Made by a program: the position numbers and the translations under genes. Shown piece by piece: positions 28,834 to 38,853 of a DNA stretch of 64,000 nt (positions are counted from its first letter, which is position 1; every line of letters starts with the position of its first letter). The notes under the pieces were generated by a model, which did not search any database, was not told the origin of the DNA, and worked only from the letters and a program-made list of their open reading frames with translations. Source of the stretch: a virus (taxonomy: Duplodnaviria; Caudoviricetes); IMG/VR virus record IMGVR_UViG_3300034410_000474, positions 1-64,000 of that record; one strand, given 5' to 3'.

Positions 28834-30783
28834 ATGGCTTTTTCCGTAAGTCCTTCCGTCATTGTTCGTGAAGTGGATGCGAGTCAGGCAGTACCAGGCG
28901 TTGCAACAGCTCCAGCGGCAATAGCTGGCATATTCAAGTGGGGTCCAACTAATGATCCTATTTTAATTACTTCCGAAAATCAATTAGTAGATCGCTTTGG
29001 TACACCAACCGACGACAACTACGAGACATTTTTCACAGCAACAGACTACCTCTCATATTCAAATGCCCTTTACGTGGCACGAGCAGATGATGGATCATTA
29101 ACCGCCTCAGGTACTACCGAAGTACTTGATGCAAATAACAACGTAATTGCAGAAGACAGTACATATGCAGCTTTTGACGCTAAATACGCTGGTGCTTTAG
29201 GTAACTCAATTGAGGTATCTTGGGCCACGGCAGGTTCCTTCACGGATACCGTAGCAGCTGTAGGTGATATTGAAAATAATGGAATTTCTAACAACTCAGT
29301 AACACAGACAATTGATTTTAATGCTTCAGCGTTAACCTTTGAAACTGCAAATACAGTAGCAGCCCCATCAGTATATGTTGGCGATGTTCTTGTAATTGGT
29401 AATTCAAGTGTTGGATTCCAAGAGATGACCGTAGCTACAGTAGAGTCTACTGATATCGATGAAGAATTCGGTTCTGGTAACACTGCAGTAACTGTAACAG
29501 TTGGTACTACAACTGCTCTTACATTCACTACAAGATATACACTCGCTGAAACAGCCTTAACTAAAGTTTCTATTGTTAAGAAATGGCAACATAACTCGTT
29601 GTTTGGTAAATCACCATCAGCTGGAAATGTTCACATTGCTGTTATCGATAAAGATGGTTTGATTTCTGGAACACCAAACACAGTACTAGAAGTATTTGAA
29701 AACTTATCTTCAACAGTAGGTTCAGTTGATCCACAAGGTGCATCTAACTATTATCCTAATGTTATTGAAAACAGATCATCTTGGGTTAAAGTGGCTAACA
29801 CCGCTGTAGTCGATGCTGGAATTGCTCAAAGCGCAGTAAATTCTGTTAATGCATATGAAAGAATGTCAGCCGGTACAGACGCTTCAACTGAAAGTAATGC
29901 AACTTTAAGTGCATTAGCGTTTGCTTGGGATACATTTAAAAATACAAACGAACTGGATATCGCTTTCGCCCTACAAGGCAAGGGTGATGATGATGCAGTT
30001 AGAGCTAACTATATTGTTTCTAACATTGCTGATTACAGAAGAGATTGTGTTGCTTTCCTATCGCCTTCAAAAGAAGCTGTAGTTGACGAATTAAAAACCA
30101 ACGAAAAAATGACCAAAGCGATTGCATATCGTAATAAGGTTCAGAACTCTTCTTACGCATTCATTGACAGTGGTTATAAATATAGGTATGATAAGTATAA
30201 CGATTCATATCGTTGGACACCACTAAACGGTGATATGGCTGGTTTAGCTTCAAGGGTAGATCCTTGGGAATCTCCAGCTGGTTACAGAAAAGGTATTATT
30301 AAGAATATTGTTAAATTAGCATTTAACCCAAGTAAGCCTCAAAGAGATCAACTATATAGCTCGGATGTTAATCCAGTTATGTCTCAGGCAGGTCGTGGAA
30401 TTGTTCTATTTGGTGACAAAACAGGTCTTGGACTACAAAGTGCATTCGACAGATTAAATGTTCGTAGATTGTTCATCTCAGTTGAGAAATCAATCGCAAC
30501 AGCAGCAGAAAGCTTCTTATTCGAGTTTAATGATGATTTCACACAAACTCAATTCAAGAACATAGTCGATCCATTCTTAAGGGATATACAAGGTCGTCGT
30601 GGTATTATTGATTATAGAGTCGTTTCTGATTCTACAGTTAATACCCCCGAAGTTGTAGATGCAAATAAGTTCCGTGCAAGCATATTCATTAAACCAGCAC
30701 GTTCTATCAACGTAATCGAATTAACATTCGTTGCAACTAGAACCGGCGTTGAGTTTGACGAAATTGTTGGTCAGATCGCATAA
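28834..30783 (+). CDS. gp18: Tail sheath protein
   Basis: SPSVIVREVD, FKWGP, FGDKT, RLNVRRLF, IKPARSIN. Confidence 0.97.
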   Translation: MAFSVSPSVIVREVDASQAVPGVATAPAAIAGIFKWGPTNDPILITSENQLVDRFGTPTDDNYETFFTATDYLSYSNALYVARADDGSLTASGTTEVLDANNNVIAEDSTYAAFDAKYAGALGNSIEVSWATAGSFTDTVAAVGDIENNGISNNSVTQTIDFNASALTFETANTVAAPSVYVGDVLVIGNSSVGFQEMTVATVESTDIDEEFGSGNTAVTVTVGTTTALTFTTRYTLAETALTKVSIVKKWQHNSLFGKSPSAGNVHIAVIDKDGLISGTPNTVLEVFENLSSTVGSVDPQGASNYYPNVIENRSSWVKVANTAVVDAGIAQSAVNSVNAYERMSAGTDASTESNATLSALAFAWDTFKNTNELDIAFALQGKGDDDAVRANYIVSNIADYRRDCVAFLSPSKEAVVDELKTNEKMTKAIAYRNKVQNSSYAFIDSGYKYRYDKYNDSYRWTPLNGDMAGLASRVDPWESPAGYRKGIIKNIVKLAFNPSKPQRDQLYSSDVNPVMSQAGRGIVLFGDKTGLGLQSAFDRLNVRRLFISVEKSIATAAESFLFEFNDDFTQTQFKNIVDPFLRDIQGRRGIIDYRVVSDSTVNTPEVVDANKFRASIFIKPARSINVIELTFVATRTGVEFDEIVGQIA

Positions 30784-30810
30784 TAAATATATTTAAAAGG
30801 AGAAAGCAAC

Positions 30811-31344
30811 ATGGCATTTAACATCAATCAGTTCAAATCAGAACTTGTCGGTGGCGGTGCACGTCCTACGCTCTTCCAATGTCAGATCACCAACCCAGTT
30901 AATACAGCTGCCGATATTAAAGTGCCATTTATGGTACGGGCAGCTGGAATTCCTGAGTCCACAGTAGGTCAATACACCGTACCTTACTTTGGACGTCAGG
31001 TTAAGTATGCTGGCGATAGAACATTTGCAGACTGGACAGTAACCGTAATCAACGACGAAGACTTCGCTATAAGAAACGCAATGGAAGAGTGGATGAACTT
31101 CATTAACTCTCATGATTCAAACGCAAGAGGTTTACCTCAACAGTACAAATCTAACGGGCAAATTACCCAGTTTAGTAAAGATGGTTCGCCATTACGTACT
31201 TATGTTTTTGAAGGCATGTTCCCTATTGCTATCGATGGCATTCAGATGGATTGGTCCGCCACCGATTCTATCGAAGAATTTAGTATTACATTCCAATATG
31301 ATTTATGGAGAGTTGAAGGTAATACTGGCGTACCAACTACATAA
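30811..31344 (+). CDS. gp19: Tail tube protein
   Basis: GGARP.LF, VPYFGR.VK.AGDRTF.DWTVTV.NDEDF. Confidence 0.95.
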   Translation: MAFNINQFKSELVGGGARPTLFQCQITNPVNTAADIKVPFMVRAAGIPESTVGQYTVPYFGRQVKYAGDRTFADWTVTVINDEDFAIRNAMEEWMNFINSHDSNARGLPQQYKSNGQITQFSKDGSPLRTYVFEGMFPIAIDGIQMDWSATDSIEEFSITFQYDLWRVEGNTGVPTT

Positions 31345-31371
31345 TTTATTATATAATGTGAGGAATGAAAA

Positions 31372-32949
31372 TTGAGATTATTTGGATTTGAAATAAATCG
31401 TGATTCTGGCGAAGAGATCGTAGCTCCGGTCTCCTTCGCTGAACCACAAAATGATGACGGTGCAATTACCGTCGGTAACGCTGTGGGAGGTTTCTACAGT
31501 ACTATTCTAGATTTAGAAGGTACTGCAAAAACTGAATCAGAGCTTGTGACAAAATATCGTGGCTTAGCTATGAACCCAGAAATTACTCAGGCGGTGGATG
31601 AAATCGTTAATGAAGCAATTTCTGTGGATCTAGAAGATAAAGTTGTAGATATTATTATGGACGATTCAGATCTTCCAGATAAAGTTAAAGAAAAAGTATC
31701 AGAAACATTCCAAGAAGTTCTTACCTTATTAGATTTTACTAATAAAGGCTATGATACATTTTCAAAATTCTATGTCGATGGTAGAGTAAACTATCACTGT
31801 ATCATCGATAACGACAATTTAAAAGACGGTATTAAGGAACTACGATATGTAGATCCACGCAAACTTAAACTTATTCGTGAAATGGATAAGAAAGGTACCG
31901 ATCAACATTCAGGAATTCCAGTCAAAAAAGTTAAAGCTGAGTACTATATGTATTCAGAAAACGGTTTTGGTAGTGAAAAAGGTTCAGGAACATCAGGCTC
32001 TCAAGGCTATAAAATCGCAAAAGATTCTATTGCTAGGATAACGTCAGGTCAAATGAGTGAGAATAACGCTCTTGTTCTTAGCCATTTGCATGCTGCTATT
32101 AAGCCTATCAATCAGTTAAGGATGCTCGAAGATGCAACAATCATTTATACTCTTACTCGAGCTCCTGAGAGAAGAATCTTCTATATTGATGTCGGCAACT
32201 TACCTAAGTCGAAAGCTGAACAATATCTAAGAGATATGATGGTTCGTCATAAGAACAAGCTACAGTACAATTCATCTACTGGTGAAATTACAGATGCTCG
32301 TAAAATGATGACTATGACTGAAGATTTCTGGTTCCCACGTAGAGGTGGTGAAAGAACTACTGAAGTAGATACACTAGCCGGTGGTAATGCAGCAGGTTTA
32401 ACTAACGATGAAAACCTACAGTACTTCCAACGCAAATTATACAAATCACTTAAAGTTCCGTTATCACGTTTAGAGCCAGAAACAATGTACTCATTCGGTC
32501 GTGTTTCTGAAATTACTCGTGACGAACTTAAATTTAGCAAATTCATTCAACGTTTAAGAAATAGATTTTCTGGATTGTTTACACAAGTCTTAGAAAAGCA
32601 ACTTATTCTTAAAGGTATTATGACACCAGAAGAATTTGCAGAAGTTAAAAATCAACTTAGATATGACTTTATTCAGGATAACTATTTTTCTGAATTAAAA
32701 GAAGCTGAAATTGCTCGTGAAAGATTAACAACTCTAAGAGAAGTTGATGAGCATATTGGTACTTACTATTCTAGAGAATGGGTTCGTAAGAATGTTCTTA
32801 GAATGTCAGACGACGATATTAAGTCTATGGATAAACAAATTGCAGCTGAAGCGGCAGCGGCTGAACCTGAAGAAGACGAACAAGATGATCAGGACAACCA
32901 ATTCCAAAGTAACAGCGCAAGTACAGATTCAAAAACAGTTAATGGATAA
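31372..32949 (+). CDS. gp20: Portal protein (TTG start)
   Basis: RAPERRIFYIDVGNLPK.KAEQYL, EDFWFPRRGG. Confidence 0.97.
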   Translation: MRLFGFEINRDSGEEIVAPVSFAEPQNDDGAITVGNAVGGFYSTILDLEGTAKTESELVTKYRGLAMNPEITQAVDEIVNEAISVDLEDKVVDIIMDDSDLPDKVKEKVSETFQEVLTLLDFTNKGYDTFSKFYVDGRVNYHCIIDNDNLKDGIKELRYVDPRKLKLIREMDKKGTDQHSGIPVKKVKAEYYMYSENGFGSEKGSGTSGSQGYKIAKDSIARITSGQMSENNALVLSHLHAAIKPINQLRMLEDATIIYTLTRAPERRIFYIDVGNLPKSKAEQYLRDMMVRHKNKLQYNSSTGEITDARKMMTMTEDFWFPRRGGERTTEVDTLAGGNAAGLTNDENLQYFQRKLYKSLKVPLSRLEPETMYSFGRVSEITRDELKFSKFIQRLRNRFSGLFTQVLEKQLILKGIMTPEEFAEVKNQLRYDFIQDNYFSELKEAEIARERLTTLREVDEHIGTYYSREWVRKNVLRMSDDDIKSMDKQIAAEAAAAEPEEDEQDDQDNQFQSNSASTDSKTVNG

Positions 32950-32985
32950 ATATAATCAAATTAAACCAAATTTAGGAGATTCCCA

Positions 32986-34098
32986 ATGAGGTCCTTTAAA
33001 AAATATATAGCAGAAGTTGCTCAGCCAAGAGAAAAGGGCGCTCACGAAGAGCAGGCTTTTAAAGATCAACACGTATACGAAGTTGTTCCGCATCCAGTTG
33101 CATTAGATACACAATTCACTGGTGACATTCAACAAGCAACCCGCCCTGCAGATCAAAAAGGCGATGCTGCTTACGACCAAGCTTATTCAAAAGGCGTATT
33201 CGAAGAAAGCGCTGAAGAAGCTGTATCTGAAGCTTTATCACCAAAGCAAAAAGAACTTGATCACGACAAAGATGGCGACATCGATGGTAAAGATCTTGCA
33301 GCTTTAAGAGCTAAAAAGAAAAAGAAAACTGAAGAAGTAGAAGCTGATCTAGAAGAAAAAGTAAAGCATTCTGATAAGCATATTAAAATGGCCATTGGTA
33401 TTGCATCTGATAAAAGATACAAAGGTGGTAATATGACTGGCGCTGTTAAGGCTATGAACAAAATGAAGCCTGGTATTTCAGATCATCCACAAGTTGCAGC
33501 AGTTCTTAAAAGACAAAACGAAGAGTTTGTTGCATTAGAAGAAGATATGAATAAGGTTCATACTGTTGATATCGATCATACTGGCGAACATGATTCAGCT
33601 GCTAAAAAGCATAACATTACTATTAAGAAATCTAAAGGTACTGCTGATTCACACTCTGCTACTGGTAAGAAAAAAGATCTTCAAAAGTATTTAGCACACC
33701 ATTATGATTCAGCTGAAGATGCAAAAGATATTCATCCTGAAGTACATGAAACAACTATGTCTGCCGTTAAAAAGCCAGTAACAATGACTGGTCCAGATGG
33801 TAAGACTCGTACAGTTATGAAAACTACTAAAGTAAAAAATACTGACGATCACGGACAAGATAAAATCAAAACAAACGAATCTATTATCCAAGAGTTAGAA
33901 GAAAATATCAAGTTTAAAGTTGGTATGCTGAGACTTAAAAATGGTAAATCAGTAGTTCTTAAGAAGCAAGACTCAGACTTATTAACTCAAATGTTTAAAG
34001 ATCTTTCACCTACAAACCGTAGAAAACTTGGTGCAGTAGCTATGAAAGACGAAGCTGGATTTAAAGAAATCCTTGGATTTGCAAGAGAAGCGTTGTAA
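32986..34098 (+). CDS. Charged prohead-core-region protein (gp67/gp68 position)
   Basis: Lies between gp20 and gp21; K/E/D/H-rich; contains DHDKDGDIDGKD. Confidence 0.55.
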   Translation: MRSFKKYIAEVAQPREKGAHEEQAFKDQHVYEVVPHPVALDTQFTGDIQQATRPADQKGDAAYDQAYSKGVFEESAEEAVSEALSPKQKELDHDKDGDIDGKDLAALRAKKKKKTEEVEADLEEKVKHSDKHIKMAIGIASDKRYKGGNMTGAVKAMNKMKPGISDHPQVAAVLKRQNEEFVALEEDMNKVHTVDIDHTGEHDSAAKKHNITIKKSKGTADSHSATGKKKDLQKYLAHHYDSAEDAKDIHPEVHETTMSAVKKPVTMTGPDGKTRTVMKTTKVKNTDDHGQDKIKTNESIIQELEENIKFKVGMLRLKNGKSVVLKKQDSDLLTQMFKDLSPTNRRKLGAVAMKDEAGFKEILGFAREAL

Positions 34099-34100
34099 AA

Positions 34101-34343
34101 ATGGCCTGGGTAGAAGTTCCTGGATCATACCACGCTGTTAGCAATACTCATATTTGGGAGTATGATAACGCCGCCACAGCAGCAAGTACATATGTAGATG
34201 CTAATGGAACAACGGCAAATGGCATAAGAAGTTTTACACCACCGGGTGGAACCGCACAAGAAATATACGTAAAGGTGCGTAAAACAGGTGAAACCGCAGA
34301 ACGCGGCGAGTTAAGTAAAACATATTATGACGCAAGAGTATAA
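34101..34343 (+). CDS. Hypothetical protein
   Basis: 80-aa ORF in the head operon. Confidence 0.6.
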   Translation: MAWVEVPGSYHAVSNTHIWEYDNAATAASTYVDANGTTANGIRSFTPPGGTAQEIYVKVRKTGETAERGELSKTYYDARV

Positions 34344-34350
34344 AAAGAAT

Positions 34351-34358
34351 TATAAATA
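34351..34358 (+). promoter_or_regulatory. T4-type late promoter
   Basis: TATAAATA upstream of gp21. Confidence 0.7.
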
Positions 34359-34389
34359 TAACTGAATAGTATAAAGATAGAGGCACAAA

Positions 34390-35082
34390 ATGAAACTTAT
34401 TACAGAAGTTGTAGAAGAATGTAATGTTATTACAGATCTCAATGAAGAAACTGGCGAAAAGTCGTACTTCATTGAAGGTATCTTCATGCAAGGAGATATC
34501 AAGAATCGTAACGGGCGCATTTATCCTTCTGCGGTTCTAGAAAAAGAAATGAATCGTTATAATAAAGATTTCATTGGTACTAAAAGAGCACTTGGTGAGT
34601 TGGGACACCCCGATGGACCAGCTATTAACGGAGATAGAGTATCACACCTTATCACCGAAATGTCAAAAGATGGCTCTAATTTTACCGGCAAAGCAAAGAT
34701 TTTAGGTACTCCGATGGGTAACATCGTCAAAACATTAATGGACGAAGGTGTTCTTATTGGTGTATCTACAAGAGGACTTGGTTCTGTTAAGCAAGGCAAA
34801 GACGGAATCATGGAAGTACAAAACGATTTCCATTTAGCTACTGTTGATATTGTAACAGATCCATCTGGACCGAATTGTTTCGTAAATGGCATTATGGAAA
34901 ATGCGGAATATTTCTACGATATTGCTTCAGGTAACTGGCTTCCTCAGGACGTTTCGGTTGAAGAAGTAATTGAAGAAATCCAGCAAACAGTAGAGAAAGA
35001 AGTTAGAAGAACAGTTCGTCGAGTAGATGAAAGCACAGCCGCTGCGTTATTCGAGCGATTTGTGTCTGGTCTTAGAAAATAA
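34390..35082 (+). CDS. gp21: Prohead protease
   Basis: NRNGRIYP, GELGHP, GVSTRGLGS, DIVTDPS. Confidence 0.97.
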   Translation: MKLITEVVEECNVITDLNEETGEKSYFIEGIFMQGDIKNRNGRIYPSAVLEKEMNRYNKDFIGTKRALGELGHPDGPAINGDRVSHLITEMSKDGSNFTGKAKILGTPMGNIVKTLMDEGVLIGVSTRGLGSVKQGKDGIMEVQNDFHLATVDIVTDPSGPNCFVNGIMENAEYFYDIASGNWLPQDVSVEEVIEEIQQTVEKEVRRTVRRVDESTAAALFERFVSGLRK

Positions 35083-35140
35083 CTTTTTAATAAATAGTAA
35101 ACATATAGAATAACCAATTAAGTTAAAAGGAGTAGAACAT

Positions 35141-36121
35141 ATGTCAAATGAGTTAGACGAAAAGTTCGTTGAGAAATCTGGTGGCGACGTTGTTCCTGCA
35201 GCAGAAGTGCAGGATACCGTATCTCCAGAAGGCGGCGAAATCAAGAAGAAAAAGGCAGATGTCAAAAAATCAGTAGATCCAAAAGCTGACAAAGTAGACA
35301 AAGTCACTCCAGGCCAAGGCGCTGTTGCAGAAGAAGCTGAAGAAGCTGATGCTGAAGCGGTTGTTGAAGAAGTAGTTGAAATTGAGGAATCAATCCAAGC
35401 TATGTTCGAAGGCGTGGACCTCTCAGAAGAATTCAAATCAAAAGTAACATTAGTCTTTGAAGCAGCTGTTCATGAAGCAGCAACTGCAAAAGCTGAAGTT
35501 GTAATTGCAGAGAAAACTGAAGCTCTAGAAGTAGAGATGAAAGAATCAGTAGATACTGCAGTTGAAAAAATCGTTGAAAATCTTGATTCTTATCTCGACT
35601 ACGTAGTAGAAGAGTGGATGAAAGAGAACGAGCTTGCTATTGAAACCGGCGTTAAGGTAGAAATGGCAGAGTCATTAATGACTGGTCTTAAAGGATTATT
35701 CGAAGAGCACAACATCGAAGTCGATGATGAAACTATCGACGTAGTTGCTGGCTTGGAAGAAGAAGTTCAAGAACTTAAGACTACTGCTAATGAAAAGATC
35801 AGTGAAAACGTTGAACTACATAAGCAGATTGCATCACTTAATGCAGATAGAGTATTTGACGAAATGACCGAAGACTTGACTATCACCCAGCGTGAGAGAC
35901 TTAAAGTTCTTTCTGAGAAACTCGACGTACAAGATATTGCGGAATACAAAACCGATCTTTCAACACTTAAGGAATCTTTCTTTGCTAAGAAAGCTACTGT
36001 AGTTGAGGAAGTTGAGGAAGAGCAAGAAATCATTACTGAAGAAACAGCGGTTAAGAGACCAGTCTCTGATCACTCTTCAATTAATGCTCTCGTTGAGTCT
36101 CTAAACGCAAGAAACAAATAA
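35141..36121 (+). CDS. gp22: Prohead scaffolding/core protein
   Basis: E-rich coiled coil, YLDYVVEEWM.EN..AI. Confidence 0.92.
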   Translation: MSNELDEKFVEKSGGDVVPAAEVQDTVSPEGGEIKKKKADVKKSVDPKADKVDKVTPGQGAVAEEAEEADAEAVVEEVVEIEESIQAMFEGVDLSEEFKSKVTLVFEAAVHEAATAKAEVVIAEKTEALEVEMKESVDTAVEKIVENLDSYLDYVVEEWMKENELAIETGVKVEMAESLMTGLKGLFEEHNIEVDDETIDVVAGLEEEVQELKTTANEKISENVELHKQIASLNADRVFDEMTEDLTITQRERLKVLSEKLDVQDIAEYKTDLSTLKESFFAKKATVVEEVEEEQEIITEETAVKRPVSDHSSINALVESLNARNK

Positions 36122-36137
36122 CCCAAAACAATAATAT

Positions 36138-36145
36138 TATAAATA
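36138..36145 (+). promoter_or_regulatory. T4-type late promoter
   Basis: TATAAATA upstream of gp23. Confidence 0.75.
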
Positions 36146-36185
36146 GATCCAGATAGAACTTATTTAAACAAGGAGATAGACAATT

Positions 36186-37529
36186 ATGGCACAGTCAAAC
36201 TATCAAGCTCTTGTGGAGAAGTGGGGCCCCATTTTGGAGCACGACTCTTTTTCACCAATTGCAGATCAACACAAGAAATCTGTCACTGCGACAATTCTTG
36301 AAAACACAGAAAAGGCTCTCGTAGAATCAGGTGATATCTCTGCTTCTATGACTGGTCTTCTTAGCGAAACTACAGTAACAGGCGATGGCGGCTTCGGTTC
36401 AGCTTCAACTGCTGCTGGTCCAACTGCTGGTTACGATCCAGTATTAATCTCATTAGTACGTCGTGCAATGCCTAATCTTATGGCATACGACATTGCTGGT
36501 GTACAGCCAATGACAGGTCCAACAGGACTTATCTTTGCAATGCGTTCAACTTACACTAACCAAGCTGGCGGCGAAGCTTTCTACAACGAAGCTGATACTG
36601 ACTTCTCTGGTACAGGTGCTCATAGCGCGAAACTAGGCGAAGGTTCAGAAACTACTGGTGTAGGCCTTGACACTGACGATGCTGAAGCATTGGGAACTCT
36701 CCCAATCGTAGGCGGAACCGGTGCTGCTGGTGACCCAGTTGCTCCAACTACTTCATTCGGCGAAATGGCCTTCTCAATCGAGAAAGTTACGGTTGCTGCG
36801 AAGTCAAGAGCTCTGAAAGCTGAATACACTACTGAGCTTGCTCAGGACCTTAAAGCAGTTCACGGCTTAGATGCTGAAACTGAATTAGCCAACATTCTCC
36901 AGTCTGAAATCTTAGTTGAGATCAACAGAGAATTGGTTCGTACAATCTACTCAAATGCTGTTGCTGGTGCAACTGCTACCGCCGCTCCGGGTACATTCGA
37001 CTTAGACGTTGATGCAAACGGTCGTTGGTCAGTAGAGAAGTTCAAAGGTTTAATGTTCCAAATCGAGCAAGAAGCTAACGCTATTGCAAAAGGAACCAGA
37101 CGTGGTAAAGGTAACATCGTAATTTGTTCTTCAGACGTAGCTTCTGCATTACAAATGGCTGGTGTTCTTGATTACACTCCTGCTCTTAACTCTAACAGCT
37201 TATCAGTAGATGATACAGGTAATACTTTTGCTGGTGTTCTTAACGGACGTTACAAAGTATATATCGATCCATATGCTGGTTCAAACTACTTAGTAGTTGG
37301 TTATAAAGGTTCTAGCGCATTCGATGCTGGTATCTTCTATTGCCCATATGTTCCATTACAAATGGTTCGCGCAGTTGGCGAGAATTCATTCCAACCAAAA
37401 ATCGGGTTCAAAACTCGTTACGGTATGGTATCGAATCCTTATGCTAAAGGCATTACTCAAGGTTCAGGCGCATTGGATGCAAATTCAAACGTTTACTACC
37501 GTAGAGTGGGTATCGCAAACTTATTCTAA
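36186..37529 (+). CDS. gp23: Major capsid protein
   Basis: VQPMTGPTGLIFAMR, KSRALKAEYT.ELAQDLKAVHG, FYCPYVPLQM. Confidence 0.98.
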   Translation: MAQSNYQALVEKWGPILEHDSFSPIADQHKKSVTATILENTEKALVESGDISASMTGLLSETTVTGDGGFGSASTAAGPTAGYDPVLISLVRRAMPNLMAYDIAGVQPMTGPTGLIFAMRSTYTNQAGGEAFYNEADTDFSGTGAHSAKLGEGSETTGVGLDTDDAEALGTLPIVGGTGAAGDPVAPTTSFGEMAFSIEKVTVAAKSRALKAEYTTELAQDLKAVHGLDAETELANILQSEILVEINRELVRTIYSNAVAGATATAAPGTFDLDVDANGRWSVEKFKGLMFQIEQEANAIAKGTRRGKGNIVICSSDVASALQMAGVLDYTPALNSNSLSVDDTGNTFAGVLNGRYKVYIDPYAGSNYLVVGYKGSSAFDAGIFYCPYVPLQMVRAVGENSFQPKIGFKTRYGMVSNPYAKGITQGSGALDANSNVYYRRVGIANLF

Positions 37530-37588
37530 GTTAAGATACAATAATAAGAAGGGTGGGTTAAACCACCCCCACTATTATAATAAGAATT

Positions 37589-37614
37589 AGAGAGACTTCG
37601 GTCTCTCTTTTTTT
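37589..37614 (+). terminator. Intrinsic terminator after gp23
   Basis: AGAGAGAC-TTCG-GTCTCTCT-TTTTTT (UUCG tetraloop). A second hairpin GGGTGG/CCACCC lies at 37551..37568. Confidence 0.9.
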
Positions 37615-38365
37615 ATGCGAGATAATCGCTAAGTTTGTGGACTTTATTGAGGAAGTCATTATAAGCGCTCGTGACTTTATAATGATTGTAGAAGAAATAC
37701 TTATGGATTCTTTCCCACAATGATTTTTCTACCATAGGATAACCAAACGAGAATACAATACACTCGTAATGTTTATAGTTGCGCCACATCTGAATGTTCC
37801 AGAACTTAGTAAGTTCCTCATCAGTATATGGCTTTTCGCGTCTTTCCATTTGCGAAACGTTATCAAAGTTATGATCATCGTATACTATATGCAAAGTAAT
37901 ACCACCCTCAGACCACCACGGAACCTCGCTGCAGGGTCTTTCTACTGAGTTAATGGTATTATCATACCAATGAATATCACATCTGAGGTCTTTCATATCC
38001 CTTATAAACTGACCTTTCTGTGCTTTATTATTGAATACTACGCCAATATATCGATGCTTAGAATCAGCATGACCTTGGCAGCTGGTAAATGTTAGATACC
38101 CTTTTTGTTGAAGAGCAAGGACTGCATCTTTAACTCCTGGCTCGAGATTCTTTTCCATAATATCAGAATACTGACTTACGAATGTAGATACATATTTACC
38201 AAACTCGTCTTTAAACACGTACGTACGACCATTATCAAAATGCTCATTACCTTTAACGAACATAGCATAATGGTGACAATCTTCGGGAGTATTTAAAGCT
38301 GGTATAGTTTCTTCTTGAACGTATTGTTGTTCGTACTGAACTCTATACTCATACTGAGTTTTCAT
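37613..38365 (-). CDS. Hypothetical protein
   Basis: 250-aa ORF with GGAG SD; GYLTFTSCQGH motif. Confidence 0.7.
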   Translation of the reverse strand: MKTQYEYRVQYEQQYVQEETIPALNTPEDCHHYAMFVKGNEHFDNGRTYVFKDEFGKYVSTFVSQYSDIMEKNLEPGVKDAVLALQQKGYLTFTSCQGHADSKHRYIGVVFNNKAQKGQFIRDMKDLRCDIHWYDNTINSVERPCSEVPWWSEGGITLHIVYDDHNFDNVSQMERREKPYTDEELTKFWNIQMWRNYKHYECIVFSFGYPMVEKSLWERIHKYFFYNHYKVTSAYNDFLNKVHKLSDYLA

Positions 38366-38384
38366 TGTGGTGCTCCATAACTAT

Positions 38385-38408
38385 AAAAAAGGAGAGCCTT
38401 AGCTCTCC
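38385..38408 (-). terminator. Intrinsic terminator
   Basis: GGAGAGC-TAAG-GCTCTCC-TTTTTT on the - strand. Confidence 0.8.
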
Positions 38409-38418
38409 TCTTTATTTA

Positions 38419-38553
38419 TTACAGTCCTAAGATACCAAATAGATTAAACCATCCCATCGAAGTTCCAATAATGACTGGTAATCCAATCATTGTAAAAACG
38501 ATAATAAGAAAAGCTAATCCGACACCTTTATTATGATACGGTTCCTGATCCAT
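38419..38553 (-). CDS. Small membrane peptide (44 aa, not in the ORF track)
   Basis: MDQEPYHNKGVGLAFLIIVFTMIGLPVIIGTSMGWFNLFGILGL; AAAGGA SD; fills the gap exactly. Confidence 0.6.
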   Translation of the reverse strand: MDQEPYHNKGVGLAFLIIVFTMIGLPVIIGTSMGWFNLFGILGL

Positions 38554-38842
38554 CTGAATCCTTTCCGAGCTGTAATGGCTCCATAACTGCTTCAGCAAAT
38601 TGTAAGAACTCTTCGCTTTTAGCTGCTTCTTGTGCTAAATTAGACGCATGATAGATACGTGCTAACTTATTAAAGTCTTTCTTTGGCACTAAACAATCTT
38701 CGAGAATTTTCTCTGCAATTGCTTTCATATGATCTTTTTCAGCTTCTACTCTTACCATTGAATTCGACATTTCTTTCAGAGCATTCTGAATTTGTTGCCT
38801 ATTCTTTTCGGTAATTATAGTTGGTAGTGTTTCATCACTCAT
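38531..38842 (-). CDS. dsbA: T4 DsbA-like double-stranded DNA-binding protein
   Basis: KEMSNS...E...K.I......PKKDFNKLARIYH..N matches the T4 DsbA pattern. Confidence 0.7.
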   Translation of the reverse strand: MSDETLPTIITEKNRQQIQNALKEMSNSMVRVEAEKDHMKAIAEKILEDCLVPKKDFNKLARIYHASNLAQEAAKSEEFLQFAEAVMEPLQLGKDSDGSGTVS

Positions 38843-38853
38843 TGTATACTCCT

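Noticed and set aside
26654-37590. Antisense and alternative-frame ORFs inside gp16-gp23 (e.g. 29070..29528, 35047..35436)
   Set aside because: They fully overlap unambiguous core genes; typical reverse-frame shadows.
38411-38421. TAATAAATA(-) as a late promoter bypassing the 38385-38408 terminator
   Set aside because: A start about 6 nt downstream would still include nearly the whole 5' stem arm, and the motif is non-consensus in AT-rich DNA.
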